A stretch of 64,000 bases of DNA from Lentisphaeria bacterium (GTDB lineage Bacteria; Verrucomicrobiota; Lentisphaeria; JABSQK01; JAWLHB01), in the NCBI GenBank assembly GCA_041690595.1, contig JAWLHB010000037.1, positions 1 to 64,000 of the forward strand. Reading direction: 5' to 3'. The notes beneath the pieces were generated by a model. The model had not been told where the DNA came from. It searched no databases and worked only from the letters and a program-made list of their open reading frames with translations. Positions 1-11,862 of this stretch are shown in pieces. Made by a program: the position numbers and the translations under genes. Every line of letters starts with the position of its first letter. The stretch's first letter is position 1.

Positions 1-12
1 GCTCATCCTCAT
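1..12 (-). CDS. Probable 5' end of a gene running off the left edge (ATG AGG ATG AGC)
   Basis: Minus strand reads AGGAG-atc-ATG at 20..10, a good RBS and start; only 4 codons lie inside the window. Confidence 0.4.
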
Positions 13-96
13 GATCTCCTGTAGGGGGTTCAAGTCACAGGAGATACTGTGCGCACGAGCAAGCGAATATTCACCATGGGGTATTTTTGACGCTTA

Positions 97-120
97 CGCG
101 ATCTCTGCGATCTCTGTGGC
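97..120 (-). repeat. Short intergenic 9-nt-period repeat (GCCACAGAGATCGCAGAGATCGCG)
   Basis: Same pattern as ACCACAAAGAACGCAGAGATCGCAAAG at 16004-16030, in the opposite orientation. Confidence 0.5.
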
Positions 121-272
121 AGAATCTGCCCGTTCCCGCTTGGGGCATCGGCTCCAGTCGCGGCGGCTCCAAAAGCTTCTTCCAGGCTGCCGGGCCAGCC
201 AAGGAATTGAGCTCAATACGGGTCATGGTTCGAATGTTGTTTGAACCATGTTCATTTGCAAAGTAGGCAACT

Positions 273-288
273 TGGCCTTAAATTTGCA
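273..288 (+). promoter_or_regulatory. Candidate sigma54 (-24/-12) promoter
   Basis: TGGC-cttaaat-TTGCA: GG at 274-275 and GC at 286-287 give the exact canonical spacing; about 45 nt upstream of the kinase start. Confidence 0.55.
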
Positions 289-332
289 CCGGATAATCGT
301 CAGATTAATTGAAATAATCCGCTAACGGCCAG

Positions 333-2555
<2,223 letters not shown>

Positions 2556-2573
2556 TCCTCATCCCGAGCACTG

Positions 2574-3839
2574 ATGACGATACTGGACCCCACCATTTCG
2601 CAGCATCGGGCACCGACTGTCCTGGTCGTCGATGACGAGGAAGGCGTCCGCATGACCCTGGAGGACTTCCTCTCCGCGCTCGGCTACCTCGTCCTGACCG
2701 CCAACGACGGCCGCGAAGGGCTCGACATGCTCTCTGCCGCCGAGGTCGATATCGTCATCACCGACATTCACATGCCCGTCATGACGGGACTGGAGATGCT
2801 GCGCCATGCCAGCGAGGCCTATCCCTATCTGCCGATCATCCTGATCACCGGTCAGCCGTCCGTCGACGCCGCCGTCCAGTGCCTGCGTCATGGCGCGGCC
2901 GACTTCATCACCAAGCCCTTCGACCTGAGCAGGATCGAGACCGCGTTGCAGACGGCGCTCGAGAAGCGCCGAAATGTCGAACTTGCGGCCGCCCCGGCCG
3001 TTCGCGACGAGCTGCGTTTGCCCCCCGGGTACACCTATGTACGCACGCTGGGGGAGGGCAGCATGGGCATTGTCTATCTCGTGGCGGAACTCCGGCCGCC
3101 GCAACGCTTTCTCGCCCTCAAGATCCTGCGCACCGACGACCTCTCCTATGACGAACGGCGCGAGCGCGTCTTCCGCTTCGGCCATGAGATCCGCGCCGCC
3201 GGCATGGTCGATCATCCCAACATCGTCAAGGTCTATGAGTGCGGGCCGGGCGGGGACGGGTATGGCAGCTTTGTCGCGATGGAGTATGTCCCCGGGCAGC
3301 CACTCACCTTCTTTGTGCGCCATGATGACCTGACGCTCCCGCACAAGCTCGTGATCCTTCGGCAGGTGGCCGACGCACTGCGTGCCATCCATGAGGTTGG
3401 CGTCTGTCACCGGGACATCAAGCCCGCCAATGTTCTGGTGAATGAGGAGCTGGTTCCCAAGCTGACTGATTTTGGCGTGGCACGAGTCCCGAATTCCGAT
3501 CTCACGCAGACGCGGCAGTTGCTGGGATCCCCCTCCTACATGGCCCCCGAAGCCTTCCTCGAAGCCGGCTCCGATCCCCGGTCCGATATCTTCTCGCTCG
3601 GCGTCGTCGCCTGGGAATTGCTGCATGGCAAACGCCTGTTCACCGGTGACAGCCTCATGGCGATCATGCACAGGATCTGCGCCGAAGACTCCCTCCAGAA
3701 GGTGAAGTTCGACCGGCGTCTGCCCGAGGAGGTGCACCATGTCATACGCACCTGCCTCGCCCGCAATCCCGACGACCGCTGGCAGGATTGCGCCCAGCTT
3801 GTCGCCGCCCTCGACTCGCTCCTCGAAATCTGCGCTTGA
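2574..3839 (+). CDS. Response-regulator receiver domain fused to a Hanks-type Ser/Thr protein kinase
   Basis: REC: VVDDE, ITDIHMP, ITG, TKPF; kinase: LGEGSMGIVY, ALK, HRDIKPANVL, DFG, YMAPE, DIFSLG; no TM segment. Confidence 0.93.
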   Translation: MTILDPTISQHRAPTVLVVDDEEGVRMTLEDFLSALGYLVLTANDGREGLDMLSAAEVDIVITDIHMPVMTGLEMLRHASEAYPYLPIILITGQPSVDAAVQCLRHGAADFITKPFDLSRIETALQTALEKRRNVELAAAPAVRDELRLPPGYTYVRTLGEGSMGIVYLVAELRPPQRFLALKILRTDDLSYDERRERVFRFGHEIRAAGMVDHPNIVKVYECGPGGDGYGSFVAMEYVPGQPLTFFVRHDDLTLPHKLVILRQVADALRAIHEVGVCHRDIKPANVLVNEELVPKLTDFGVARVPNSDLTQTRQLLGSPSYMAPEAFLEAGSDPRSDIFSLGVVAWELLHGKRLFTGDSLMAIMHRICAEDSLQKVKFDRRLPEEVHHVIRTCLARNPDDRWQDCAQLVAALDSLLEICA

Positions 3840-3862
3840 GCTGTCCCGGAATGGCGGCCGGT

Positions 3863-3893
3863 TTGGAACTTAGCGCTGCCGCGGGGGTATAAT
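3863..3893 (+). promoter_or_regulatory. Candidate sigma70 promoter for prfB
   Basis: Perfect TATAAT at 3888-3893; only a weak, over-spaced -35 (TTGGAA, 19 nt). Confidence 0.4.
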
Positions 3894-4023
3894 TCACTAC
3901 CCACGTCAAAAGCCGACCCAGCCCGGTTGTAATCGCGCGCTGCCGGTCGCATACTAATAGCTCCTTTCACGGGCTCAACGCCCTCATTTTTCATTCACTC
4001 CGGACACGAAAGGCCTCTCGCCA

Positions 4024-5140
4024 ATGCACCTGGAAGATCTACAAGAGCACGCACAGAACGCACGCCAGCGTCTGGAAATGCTCAGGGGGTTTCTTTGACG
4101 TCGAGACACGACGCGAGAAACTCACTGAGCTTGAACAGCGGATGCTTGATCCCACATTCTGGGACCACAAGGAACGCGCTCAGACTACCGTGACGCAGCT
4201 CAGTGCCGCAAGGAGCATCATCGAGCCCTTTGACGAGGTCGTCGCCAAGGTCGATGATCTCGACGTCATGGTCGAATTTGCCCGCGAGGAAGGCGACGAG
4301 TCCGAAGTCCTCCAGGAGGCGGATCACCTCTGGCCCCGCATCGATGCCATGCTGGAGAAGCTGGAGATGGTCAGCTACCTCGGCGGCCGCTTCGACCGTA
4401 AGAATGCCATCATCACCCTGCACGCCGGCAGCGGCGGCACGGAATCCTGCGACTGGGCCGACATGCTCTTCCGCATGTACATGCGATGGATCGAGCGCAA
4501 CGACTTCAAGGCCGAAGTCACCCATGTGCAGCCCGGTGAAGTCGCCGGTATCAAGAGCGCCACCATCATGGTCAAAGGTGAATACGCCTATGGCTATCTC
4601 CAGGCCGAAAACGGCGTCCACCGCCTGGTGCGCATCTCCCCGTTCGACTCCAACAAGCGTCGCCATACCTCCTTCGCCGCTCTCGAAGTCTCACCCGAAA
4701 TCGATGACGATATCGAGATTGACATCGACGACAAGGATCTGCGCGTCGACGTCTTCCGGTCGAGCGGTGCGGGCGGCCAGCACGTCAACACCACGGACAG
4801 TGCCGTGCGCATCACCCATATTCCGACCGGCATTGTCGTCTCCTGTCAGAACCAGCGTTCCCAGCACCAGAATCGGGCCACCTGTATGACCATCCTGCGA
4901 TCCAAGCTGTACGAGCGTCAGCTCGCCGCCATCGATCAGGTCAGGGAGCAGCAGGTTGGACCCAAGGAAGAGAATGCCTGGGGCAGCCAGATTCGTTCGT
5001 ACGTGTTGCAGCCTTACCAGATGGTGAAGGACCTGCGCACGGGCGAGGAAACCAGCAATACCGGCGCGGTGCTCGATGGCGAGATCGACTCGTTCATCGA
5101 GGCATGGCTCAAGAACTGCAAACCAAAGCATGTCAGCTAA
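4024..5140 (+). CDS. prfB: Peptide chain release factor 2 with programmed +1 frameshift
   Basis: ATG 4024 reads MHLEDL...LRGFL to CTT TGA (4093-4098); the +1 frame GAC at 4097 continues into the 4142 ORF; SPF and GGQ motifs present. Confidence 0.97.
4084..4099 (+). promoter_or_regulatory. prfB frameshift cassette (internal SD plus slippery site)
   Basis: AGGGGG-ttt-CTTTGAC matches the canonical RF2 autoregulatory signal. Confidence 0.96.
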
Positions 5141-8100
5141 TCCTCACCACATGTTGCGGCGCCTCCAGCACGAAGGGCGTCTCTGGCGACGGCGTCAGCG
5201 CCTTGAACTCATCCTCAAGGCGTTGCTGATCTTTGCCCTTCCGGTGCTGCTGCTGGCGCTGATGGATGTGGTATGGACATTGCGCGAGACGGCGGCCAGC
5301 GTGATCGTCGCCCTGGCTGCCGCCGCTGCCGTGCTCTACGCCCTGGCCGGCTGGTGGCGACTGCGAAGGCGAGCCCCCGATGCCTATGCCGTGGCCCTGG
5401 CCGTCGAGGCCGACAAGCCTGCCTACATGGACTCCCTCGCCTGCGCCGTCGAGCTGCTCACCAAGCCCCGCGAGCGCTGGGGCCCCCTCGATGAAGCATT
5501 GGTCACCAATGTCTCCGCGCGCCTGGCCGGCGACGATGTCCATGATGTCGTGCGGCGACGGACCATGAGCACGCCAAGGCTCGCCCTGCTCCTTGGGGCG
5601 GGGGCGGCAATGGTGGCCGCGCTCCTCTTTCTCCCACTGTCGACCAAGGCCTGGCACCAGGCGCGTGACTGGATGACCGGCGTCAACACCGGTCTCACCA
5701 TCGAGCCCGGCAATGTCGAGATCGCCAGAGGGGACGATATCCAACTGCGCGCCACCATCGCTCGCGGGCCACGGCAGGCACGTCTGCTCATGTGGACGGA
5801 CCAGGGTGAACTCTCCTACGACATGTATCCGGCCGCCAACGGGCACTTCAGCCTCGACATCTATGCCGTCGACGGCGATTTCACCTATCAGGTCGTCACG
5901 CCGACCCTGCGCAGCCGGCGCTACCGCGTCACCACCTTCCGGCGCCCCGAACTCGAAAGCTTCGCCATCCATGTCACCCCGCCCGCCTATACCGGGTTGA
6001 AAACCGACAGCGTCAGCCAACTGGCCGATCTCTCCGCTCCGGTCGGTTCCAGCATTCGCATGCTGGCCCGGATCAACATGAAGGCGGACCTCCAGCTGGA
6101 GCCTCTCGAAGCGTCCCCTATGCCCTTCAAGCAACTCGCCGGCGACAGCGCCGAACTCGCTTTTACCTTGGAGCATTCCCTCAACTACCGGCTCAAGCTG
6201 GACGATCGGCGTGGCCATATCGTCATGGTGCCCGGCGCCTATCGCCTCAACGCGGTGCCGGATGGACCACCCGTCGTGCAGATCCTTTCACCCGAAGAGG
6301 ATGCCGTCTACGACACCACGGAGAGTGTCCCCTTTGCCATCGATGCGGCGGACGATTATGGCGTCGGCGCGGTGCGACTTCATTACTCGATCAACGGCGG
6401 CGACTTCACGACGGAGATCCTCTATGAAGCCGGTGATGGCGAGCGGCTCAATGAGTACAGCGTCAGTCATGTCCTCGCGCTCACCGACAAGGTCCGGCAT
6501 GGCGATGTCATCTACTACTACGCGTCGGCGCTCGACAATCAGGAGCCCCAGGCAAACGAAGGGCGGAGCGATATCCGCTTCATCGAGATCCGTCCCAAGA
6601 AGCAGGAGTTGGAGCCCATGGAGCCCATGGAGGGTGCCGGTGGGGGCGAAAACGAGTCTCTTTCCCTCAGTGTCAGCGACCTGATCATGGCCCAGAAGGA
6701 TCTGATCCGCCAGACCTGGCGTCACCAGTTGAGCGAATCCAGCAACGAACAGGAGCGGATGATCCAGGAACTGCGGATCGCCGCCGCCGATCTCCTTCTC
6801 AACTCACGCAAGCGGCTGGAGGACATCCGCGAAAAGGCTCAGGGTATGCCGCTGGGCAAGATCGGTGACCTCTTCGACGGCGCCATCGCCGCCATGCGCT
6901 CCGCCGATACCATGCTGCAGAGCGGTGATGCCGCGTCCTCGCTTCCCTTTCAGCAGTCCGCCCTGTCGAAGCTGATCCAGTTGGAGATCGAGCTGCTCCA
7001 GAACGCGCAGCAGATGCAGGGCAAGGGGCAGAAGCAGCAGCAGTCCGACCGCCCCCCGGAAGAGCCGCAGCACAGTGAAGAGGAGAAGGATGAGCAGCGT
7101 CAGGAGCAGGTCGCCGGTCTCAAGAAGACTCTCGACAAACTCCGCGACCTGGTGCAGCGCCAGCAGAATCTCAACAGCGGCCTCGAACAGAACAGCGTCG
7201 ACGGCAAGTTCAGGGAGGGCACCCGTGATGGCGCGATTCGCCAGCAGCACGAGATCCTGACCGGCACCTGGGATGTTCGCAATGATATCTCCCAGGCTCG
7301 CGAGGCGCGCGGTGTCATCGAAGAATTGACCAAGGCCGCCCAGCAGATGACCCAGTCCCGGCAGAGCGTGCAGTTGAACAGCGCCGATCGCGCCCTCAAG
7401 CAGGCGCACCTGGCCGAAGGCTTTCTGGAGCGCGCCGAAGAGTTGCTCAGCGAGCTCATCGAAGACATGTCCGGCAATGAGCTGAAGCTGGCCGAACGCA
7501 TGCTCGAGCAGCTTCGCCAGCGTCAGGAGCGGGTTCGCCAGGAAACCGAGCGCACCGCCCGCGGCGAGGAAGGAAGCCCCGGCACCGAGCAACTGGGCAA
7601 AGCGCAGGCGGAGCTGGGCAAGGAGTTCGACGAAATCATGAAGCGCATGGCCGAGACCGCCAGTGAGCTGGAATCCCAGAACCCAGTCGCCGCCAAGTCA
7701 CTGAGCGACGCCCTCCAGCAGGCCCGCTCCGGCAATGTCGGCGGCAAGATGAAGCGCGCCGAGAATGCCTTGCGCTACAAGCAGGCGGAGCGCTCGGTCG
7801 AGTATCAGCGGCAGGTCGAGGAAGAACTCGCCAAACTTGCCGAAAACCTTAAGAACGCTTCCGAGGCCGCCGGAGGCCCAGGCAAGGAGCAGCTCACCCA
7901 GATGCTCGAGAAGACCCTCGAAGATCTGGCCGAGATGCAGCGCCTCGCCGAGGAGAATGCCGATGACGCCGCCAAGCAGGCACAGATCGAAGCCATGAAG
8001 CGGCACGCGCGCGAACTCGATCAAGCCTTGCGAGATCCCCGCATGGAGCAGCTCGCCGGTGAGATGCAGAAGCTCGGCGCCAGCGCCGAAGGGACCGCGC

Positions 8101-8279
8101 AGCAGGTGCAGCAGGCCATGAATCTCACCATGCAGACCGCGCGACTGCTGGAGTTGAAGCTCCTCGAAAAGGAACTTGCGCAACGCGTCGACTTTTCGCG
8201 CCTCGCCGGACGTCAGCCTCCCGAGGAATACCGGAAGCTGGTCAACGAATACTTCAAGAAGCTGAGCGAGGAGTATTGA
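5130..8279 (+). CDS. Large membrane-anchored protein, DUF4175-like (N-terminal TMs, Ig-like middle, long Q/E-rich coiled coil)
   Basis: About 3 N-terminal hydrophobic segments; VTPPAYTG, PDGPPVVQI, AADDYGV, YASALDN motifs; ends PPEEYRKLVNEYFKKL; ATG overlaps the prfB end. Confidence 0.72.
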   Translation: MSANPHHMLRRLQHEGRLWRRRQRLELILKALLIFALPVLLLALMDVVWTLRETAASVIVALAAAAAVLYALAGWWRLRRRAPDAYAVALAVEADKPAYMDSLACAVELLTKPRERWGPLDEALVTNVSARLAGDDVHDVVRRRTMSTPRLALLLGAGAAMVAALLFLPLSTKAWHQARDWMTGVNTGLTIEPGNVEIARGDDIQLRATIARGPRQARLLMWTDQGELSYDMYPAANGHFSLDIYAVDGDFTYQVVTPTLRSRRYRVTTFRRPELESFAIHVTPPAYTGLKTDSVSQLADLSAPVGSSIRMLARINMKADLQLEPLEASPMPFKQLAGDSAELAFTLEHSLNYRLKLDDRRGHIVMVPGAYRLNAVPDGPPVVQILSPEEDAVYDTTESVPFAIDAADDYGVGAVRLHYSINGGDFTTEILYEAGDGERLNEYSVSHVLALTDKVRHGDVIYYYASALDNQEPQANEGRSDIRFIEIRPKKQELEPMEPMEGAGGGENESLSLSVSDLIMAQKDLIRQTWRHQLSESSNEQERMIQELRIAAADLLLNSRKRLEDIREKAQGMPLGKIGDLFDGAIAAMRSADTMLQSGDAASSLPFQQSALSKLIQLEIELLQNAQQMQGKGQKQQQSDRPPEEPQHSEEEKDEQRQEQVAGLKKTLDKLRDLVQRQQNLNSGLEQNSVDGKFREGTRDGAIRQQHEILTGTWDVRNDISQAREARGVIEELTKAAQQMTQSRQSVQLNSADRALKQAHLAEGFLERAEELLSELIEDMSGNELKLAERMLEQLRQRQERVRQETERTARGEEGSPGTEQLGKAQAELGKEFDEIMKRMAETASELESQNPVAAKSLSDALQQARSGNVGGKMKRAENALRYKQAERSVEYQRQVEEELAKLAENLKNASEAAGGPGKEQLTQMLEKTLEDLAEMQRLAEENADDAAKQAQIEAMKRHARELDQALRDPRMEQLAGEMQKLGASAEGTAQQVQQAMNLTMQTARLLELKLLEKELAQRVDFSRLAGRQPPEEYRKLVNEYFKKLSEEY

Positions 8280-8348
8280 TGCAACGTTCAACCGGCTGGC
8301 AGCGCCACTTCGGCCGGCCCGCGTTCGCCTCTTACCTGTTATTTGCCC

Positions 8349-10529
8349 ATGCATGTTGACCCACTCGTCTCTCCCATCCTCATCGCGCTCTTCGCCCTCC
8401 TCTACGTCGGGCTCACGGTCCTCTTCTACTGGCCGCTGAGGCGCATCCTCTCCCGGGGATACTGGCAGCTTCTTCTCGCCCTCAAGGCACTCGCGCTGGC
8501 CCTGGCCCTGGCCGTCCTGCTCAATCCCTATCGTCTCGAACGCCGACCCGATCCGGCCGCGTTCCAGGTCGTCTATCTGGTCGATGCCAGTGGCAGCATG
8601 CAGACGCGCGACATCCCCGGCGAGCGACAGCGCATTGATGTCGTCAAGGAGAAGGCTCTCGACGCCAGCCCCTTCTTTGCCAGCCTGCGGAGCCAGTTCA
8701 ACAACCTCGCCACCTACATCTTCAGCAGCGACGAGCTGCGGCGAAGCGACGGCACCACGACCTTCGGCATCCTTCCCGGCGACACGGATATCGACGGCGT
8801 CCTCAAGAAGGTGCTCACCGCCCATGGCGACCGCCTCAAGCTTGGCGCTGTCGTCCTCGTCACCGATGGCCTCGACAATCGGGGCGTCTCCCTCCTCGAG
8901 GCTGCCGCTCCCTACAAGAATGCCGGCGTCCCCATCCATGTCATCGGTGTCGGTGACAGCGCCGAGAGTCGCGATATCTCCATCGAGTGGACAACGCTGC
9001 CGCGCAAGGCCATCAAGGCCAAGCCCATGACTCTGGCCGCCCAAGTGAACCGGAACTTCACCGGCGACCATACCGCGCGCGTCGAGATCCATGAAAGCGG
9101 ACGCCTTATCGAGAGCCGCACGGTCAACTTCCGCGGCGACGCCACCGCCATGCCCATACAGATCGAGCATACCTCCTTCACCACCGGCTTCAAGACCTTC
9201 AAGTTGCGCGTCGAACCCATGCCCGGAGAAGAGAATCAGGTCAATAATATCGATTACGCGGGGCTCCAGGTCAGCGATCCCGACATCTTTCGCGTCCTCT
9301 ACTTCAGCACCATGCTCGACTGGGAGTACAAGTACCTCAACCTGCTCGCCAGCCGCGAAGAACGCTTTCGCCTCGATGCCGTTGTCCAGCTTGGCAAGGA
9401 GCAGTGGTTCGTGCGCGGGCTGAGCGACGATGTCGAGATTCGGGGCCTTCCCGAGGCCGACCTCCTCCACGATTACGATGCCCTGCTCATCAGCCTGCAG
9501 AGCCTGCAGTCGCTGACCAGTGAGGAGCTGGCGCGTCTCGTCTCCTTTGTCGAAAATCGTGGCGGCGGCTTGTTGCTGACCGGCGTCACGGACGTCCTGC
9601 CGGAGTCCATGAACAAGGTGCTTCCCCTGCGCAGCCTGCCGGAAGACGTCTCGGTGGCTCAGCGCACCGAGCTTGACTTCAAGGCGGGGCGGCTGCTGGC
9701 AAAGCCGGGTGAGACCGACTTTGGCAAAGTCCTTCGCCAGCTCTATCTGCCTGCCGGTTCGCCCTATTACAGAATCCCGCCCGAGGAGCTGAAGCCGGGA
9801 GCGATCGACCTCGCCTCCACCCGCGAGGATCCATGGGTCGTTCTCGCCGCGCAGCAGTATGGCGCCGGCAAGATTGTCCTGCTCAACCTCGGCCTGACCT
9901 GGCAGTGGGCCATGACCTCCCCCAACGGCCCCATGTGGTACGGCAACTTCTGGGCCCACCTCATCTCCTGGTCCGCCTCTTCCCTGCAGGAGCGCCTGCG
10001 CCTGCGGCCGGCCGGCGCCAAGCTGGCGCTCGGCGAAGAACAGATCCTCACCCTCGACCTGCTCGATGCCTCTTATCGGCCGGACAACCAGGCGACCATT
10101 ACCGCCAGCTTCTTTGCGCCGTCGGGACGCGAGGAAAGCGTCAACTTCATTCAGGATGCCAGGATCGATGGCCGCTATGTCGCCAAGTTCGTGCCTCGGG
10201 AGATGGGCGAGTACCGTTGGGTCATCGACGCCAAGTTGAGCGACGGCAGCACCCTCGCCACCCGCACCGACCATGTCGTGATGGATTCCTCGCCCGAATC
10301 CCAGCCGGCGCCCATGGCCGAGGAACGCCTCAACAGCCTCGCCCGCATCACCGGCGGCACGTACTGGAACTACCGCGATCTTGACCGTATCGGCCAGATT
10401 CCCATCGCTCCTCAGCAGCGATTTCTCGATTCCCGGCACTACTGGCTGAACTCGTGGTGGTTCCTCGTGGTAGCGGTGCTCGCCTTCCTTCCCGACTGGA
10501 TCTTCCGCAGGCGTATCGGCCTGCGCTGA
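8349..10529 (+). CDS. vWA-domain / class I glutamine amidotransferase-like membrane protein
   Basis: MIDAS VDASGSM, DTDI, LVTDG; FVENRGGGLLL, QYGAGK, TWQW; LARITGG and a C-terminal TM ending DWIFRRRIGL. Confidence 0.8.
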   Translation: MHVDPLVSPILIALFALLYVGLTVLFYWPLRRILSRGYWQLLLALKALALALALAVLLNPYRLERRPDPAAFQVVYLVDASGSMQTRDIPGERQRIDVVKEKALDASPFFASLRSQFNNLATYIFSSDELRRSDGTTTFGILPGDTDIDGVLKKVLTAHGDRLKLGAVVLVTDGLDNRGVSLLEAAAPYKNAGVPIHVIGVGDSAESRDISIEWTTLPRKAIKAKPMTLAAQVNRNFTGDHTARVEIHESGRLIESRTVNFRGDATAMPIQIEHTSFTTGFKTFKLRVEPMPGEENQVNNIDYAGLQVSDPDIFRVLYFSTMLDWEYKYLNLLASREERFRLDAVVQLGKEQWFVRGLSDDVEIRGLPEADLLHDYDALLISLQSLQSLTSEELARLVSFVENRGGGLLLTGVTDVLPESMNKVLPLRSLPEDVSVAQRTELDFKAGRLLAKPGETDFGKVLRQLYLPAGSPYYRIPPEELKPGAIDLASTREDPWVVLAAQQYGAGKIVLLNLGLTWQWAMTSPNGPMWYGNFWAHLISWSASSLQERLRLRPAGAKLALGEEQILTLDLLDASYRPDNQATITASFFAPSGREESVNFIQDARIDGRYVAKFVPREMGEYRWVIDAKLSDGSTLATRTDHVVMDSSPESQPAPMAEERLNSLARITGGTYWNYRDLDRIGQIPIAPQQRFLDSRHYWLNSWWFLVVAVLAFLPDWIFRRRIGLR

Positions 10530-10554
10530 CAAACGACTTAGCTGGAGTCACGGC

Positions 10555-11838
10555 ATGGCAGATGGTTTGGCTCGGAAACGCGTGTGGGCATGGGCGCTCT
10601 ACGACTGGGGCAACTCGGCATTCGCCACGACCATCATTGCCGGCTTCTTTCCCGTCTTCTTCGGCCGCTACTGGTATCAGCCCGAGCTTGTCGACGGCGT
10701 CGTGCGCGATCTGACGACGCTGCGCCTCGGCCAGGCCAACTCCATCGCCAGCATTGTTGTCTGCGTCCTGGCGCCCATGCTCGGCGCCGTTGCCGACCGC
10801 TCCGGCGGCAAGAAGAAGCTGCTCGCCACCTTTGCCGGGCTGGGTGTCGTGATGACGGCCTCGCTCTTCTGGGTGGCCCAGGGCTCCTGGGTCATTGCCG
10901 CCCTCTTCTACGCGGTCGCCAGCATCGGCTTCGCCGGCGGCAACATCTTCTACGATGCCCTCATTGTCGACGTGGCGCCGGTGGATCGGCGGGATCGCAT
11001 CTCCGCCCTTGGCTACGCCCTCGGCTATCTGGGTGGCGGGGTGCTCTTCGCCCTCAACGTCTGGATGGTCACCTCGCCCCAGACCTTCGGCATTGCCGAC
11101 GCATCGACCGCCATCCGCCTCTCTTTCCTCAGCGTCTCGATCTGGTGGCTCGTCTTTACGTTGCCCCTGCTCTTCATCGTCAAGGAACGCAGCGGTCCCG
11201 ACAAGCTCAATCTCGGTGCGTTCTGGCATGGATTGCGGCAGATGCGTGGGACCTTCCGCGAGATCCGGCGCTTCCGCCATGTCTTCTACTTTCTGCTGGC
11301 CTACTGGCTTTACATCGACGGCGTCGATACCGTCATCCGCATGGCCGTCAGCTATGGTCAGTCCCTTGGCTTTCCGGACAACAGCCTGATACTCGCCCTG
11401 CTCATCACGCAGTTCGTCGGTTTTCCGGCGGCGCTTGCTTACGGCTATCTGGGGGAACGCATTGGCGCCAAACGCGGGCTGCTCATCGGCATTTGCGTCT
11501 ATATTGGCGCGACCATCTATGCGGTCTTCATGAACCATGTCAGCGAGTTCTATGTGCTGGCGGTGGTGGTCGGCCTCGTGCAGGGGGGCGTCCAGGCGCT
11601 CAGCCGTTCCTACTTCAGCCGACTCATCCCCCCGGAAAAGGCCGGCGAATTCTTCGGTTTCTACAATATGTTAGGGAAGTTTGCCGCCGTCATCGGTCCG
11701 CTCCTCATGGGCTATGCGTCGGCCTTCGTCGGTACGCGTCTCTCCATTCTCTCCATCATCCTCCTCTTTGTCGGCGGCGGCGCCATCCTGCTCGTGGTCC
11801 ACGAGCCAAAGACGCAAACAGCGGTTACTTCCGCATGA
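10555..11838 (+). CDS. MFS transporter, UMF1/YxiO-like
   Basis: WALYDWGNSAF, LGAVADRSG, GYALGYLGG, YIDGVDT, QALSRS, EFFGFY; about 12 TM. Confidence 0.92.
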   Translation: MADGLARKRVWAWALYDWGNSAFATTIIAGFFPVFFGRYWYQPELVDGVVRDLTTLRLGQANSIASIVVCVLAPMLGAVADRSGGKKKLLATFAGLGVVMTASLFWVAQGSWVIAALFYAVASIGFAGGNIFYDALIVDVAPVDRRDRISALGYALGYLGGGVLFALNVWMVTSPQTFGIADASTAIRLSFLSVSIWWLVFTLPLLFIVKERSGPDKLNLGAFWHGLRQMRGTFREIRRFRHVFYFLLAYWLYIDGVDTVIRMAVSYGQSLGFPDNSLILALLITQFVGFPAALAYGYLGERIGAKRGLLIGICVYIGATIYAVFMNHVSEFYVLAVVVGLVQGGVQALSRSYFSRLIPPEKAGEFFGFYNMLGKFAAVIGPLLMGYASAFVGTRLSILSIILLFVGGGAILLVVHEPKTQTAVTSA

Positions 11839-11862
11839 TCTGAGAATCTCCTGGGAGCCACC

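Noticed and set aside
4082..4142. prfB as a pseudogene or sequencing frameshift
   Set aside because: Matches the canonical programmed +1 site
7698..10532. 944-aa antisense ORF and other long shadow ORFs (e.g. 33995-36244, 36302-38272, 47452-49995, 51345-53354)
   Set aside because: They mirror well-supported genes on the other strand, show no motifs, and are expected from high-GC codon bias
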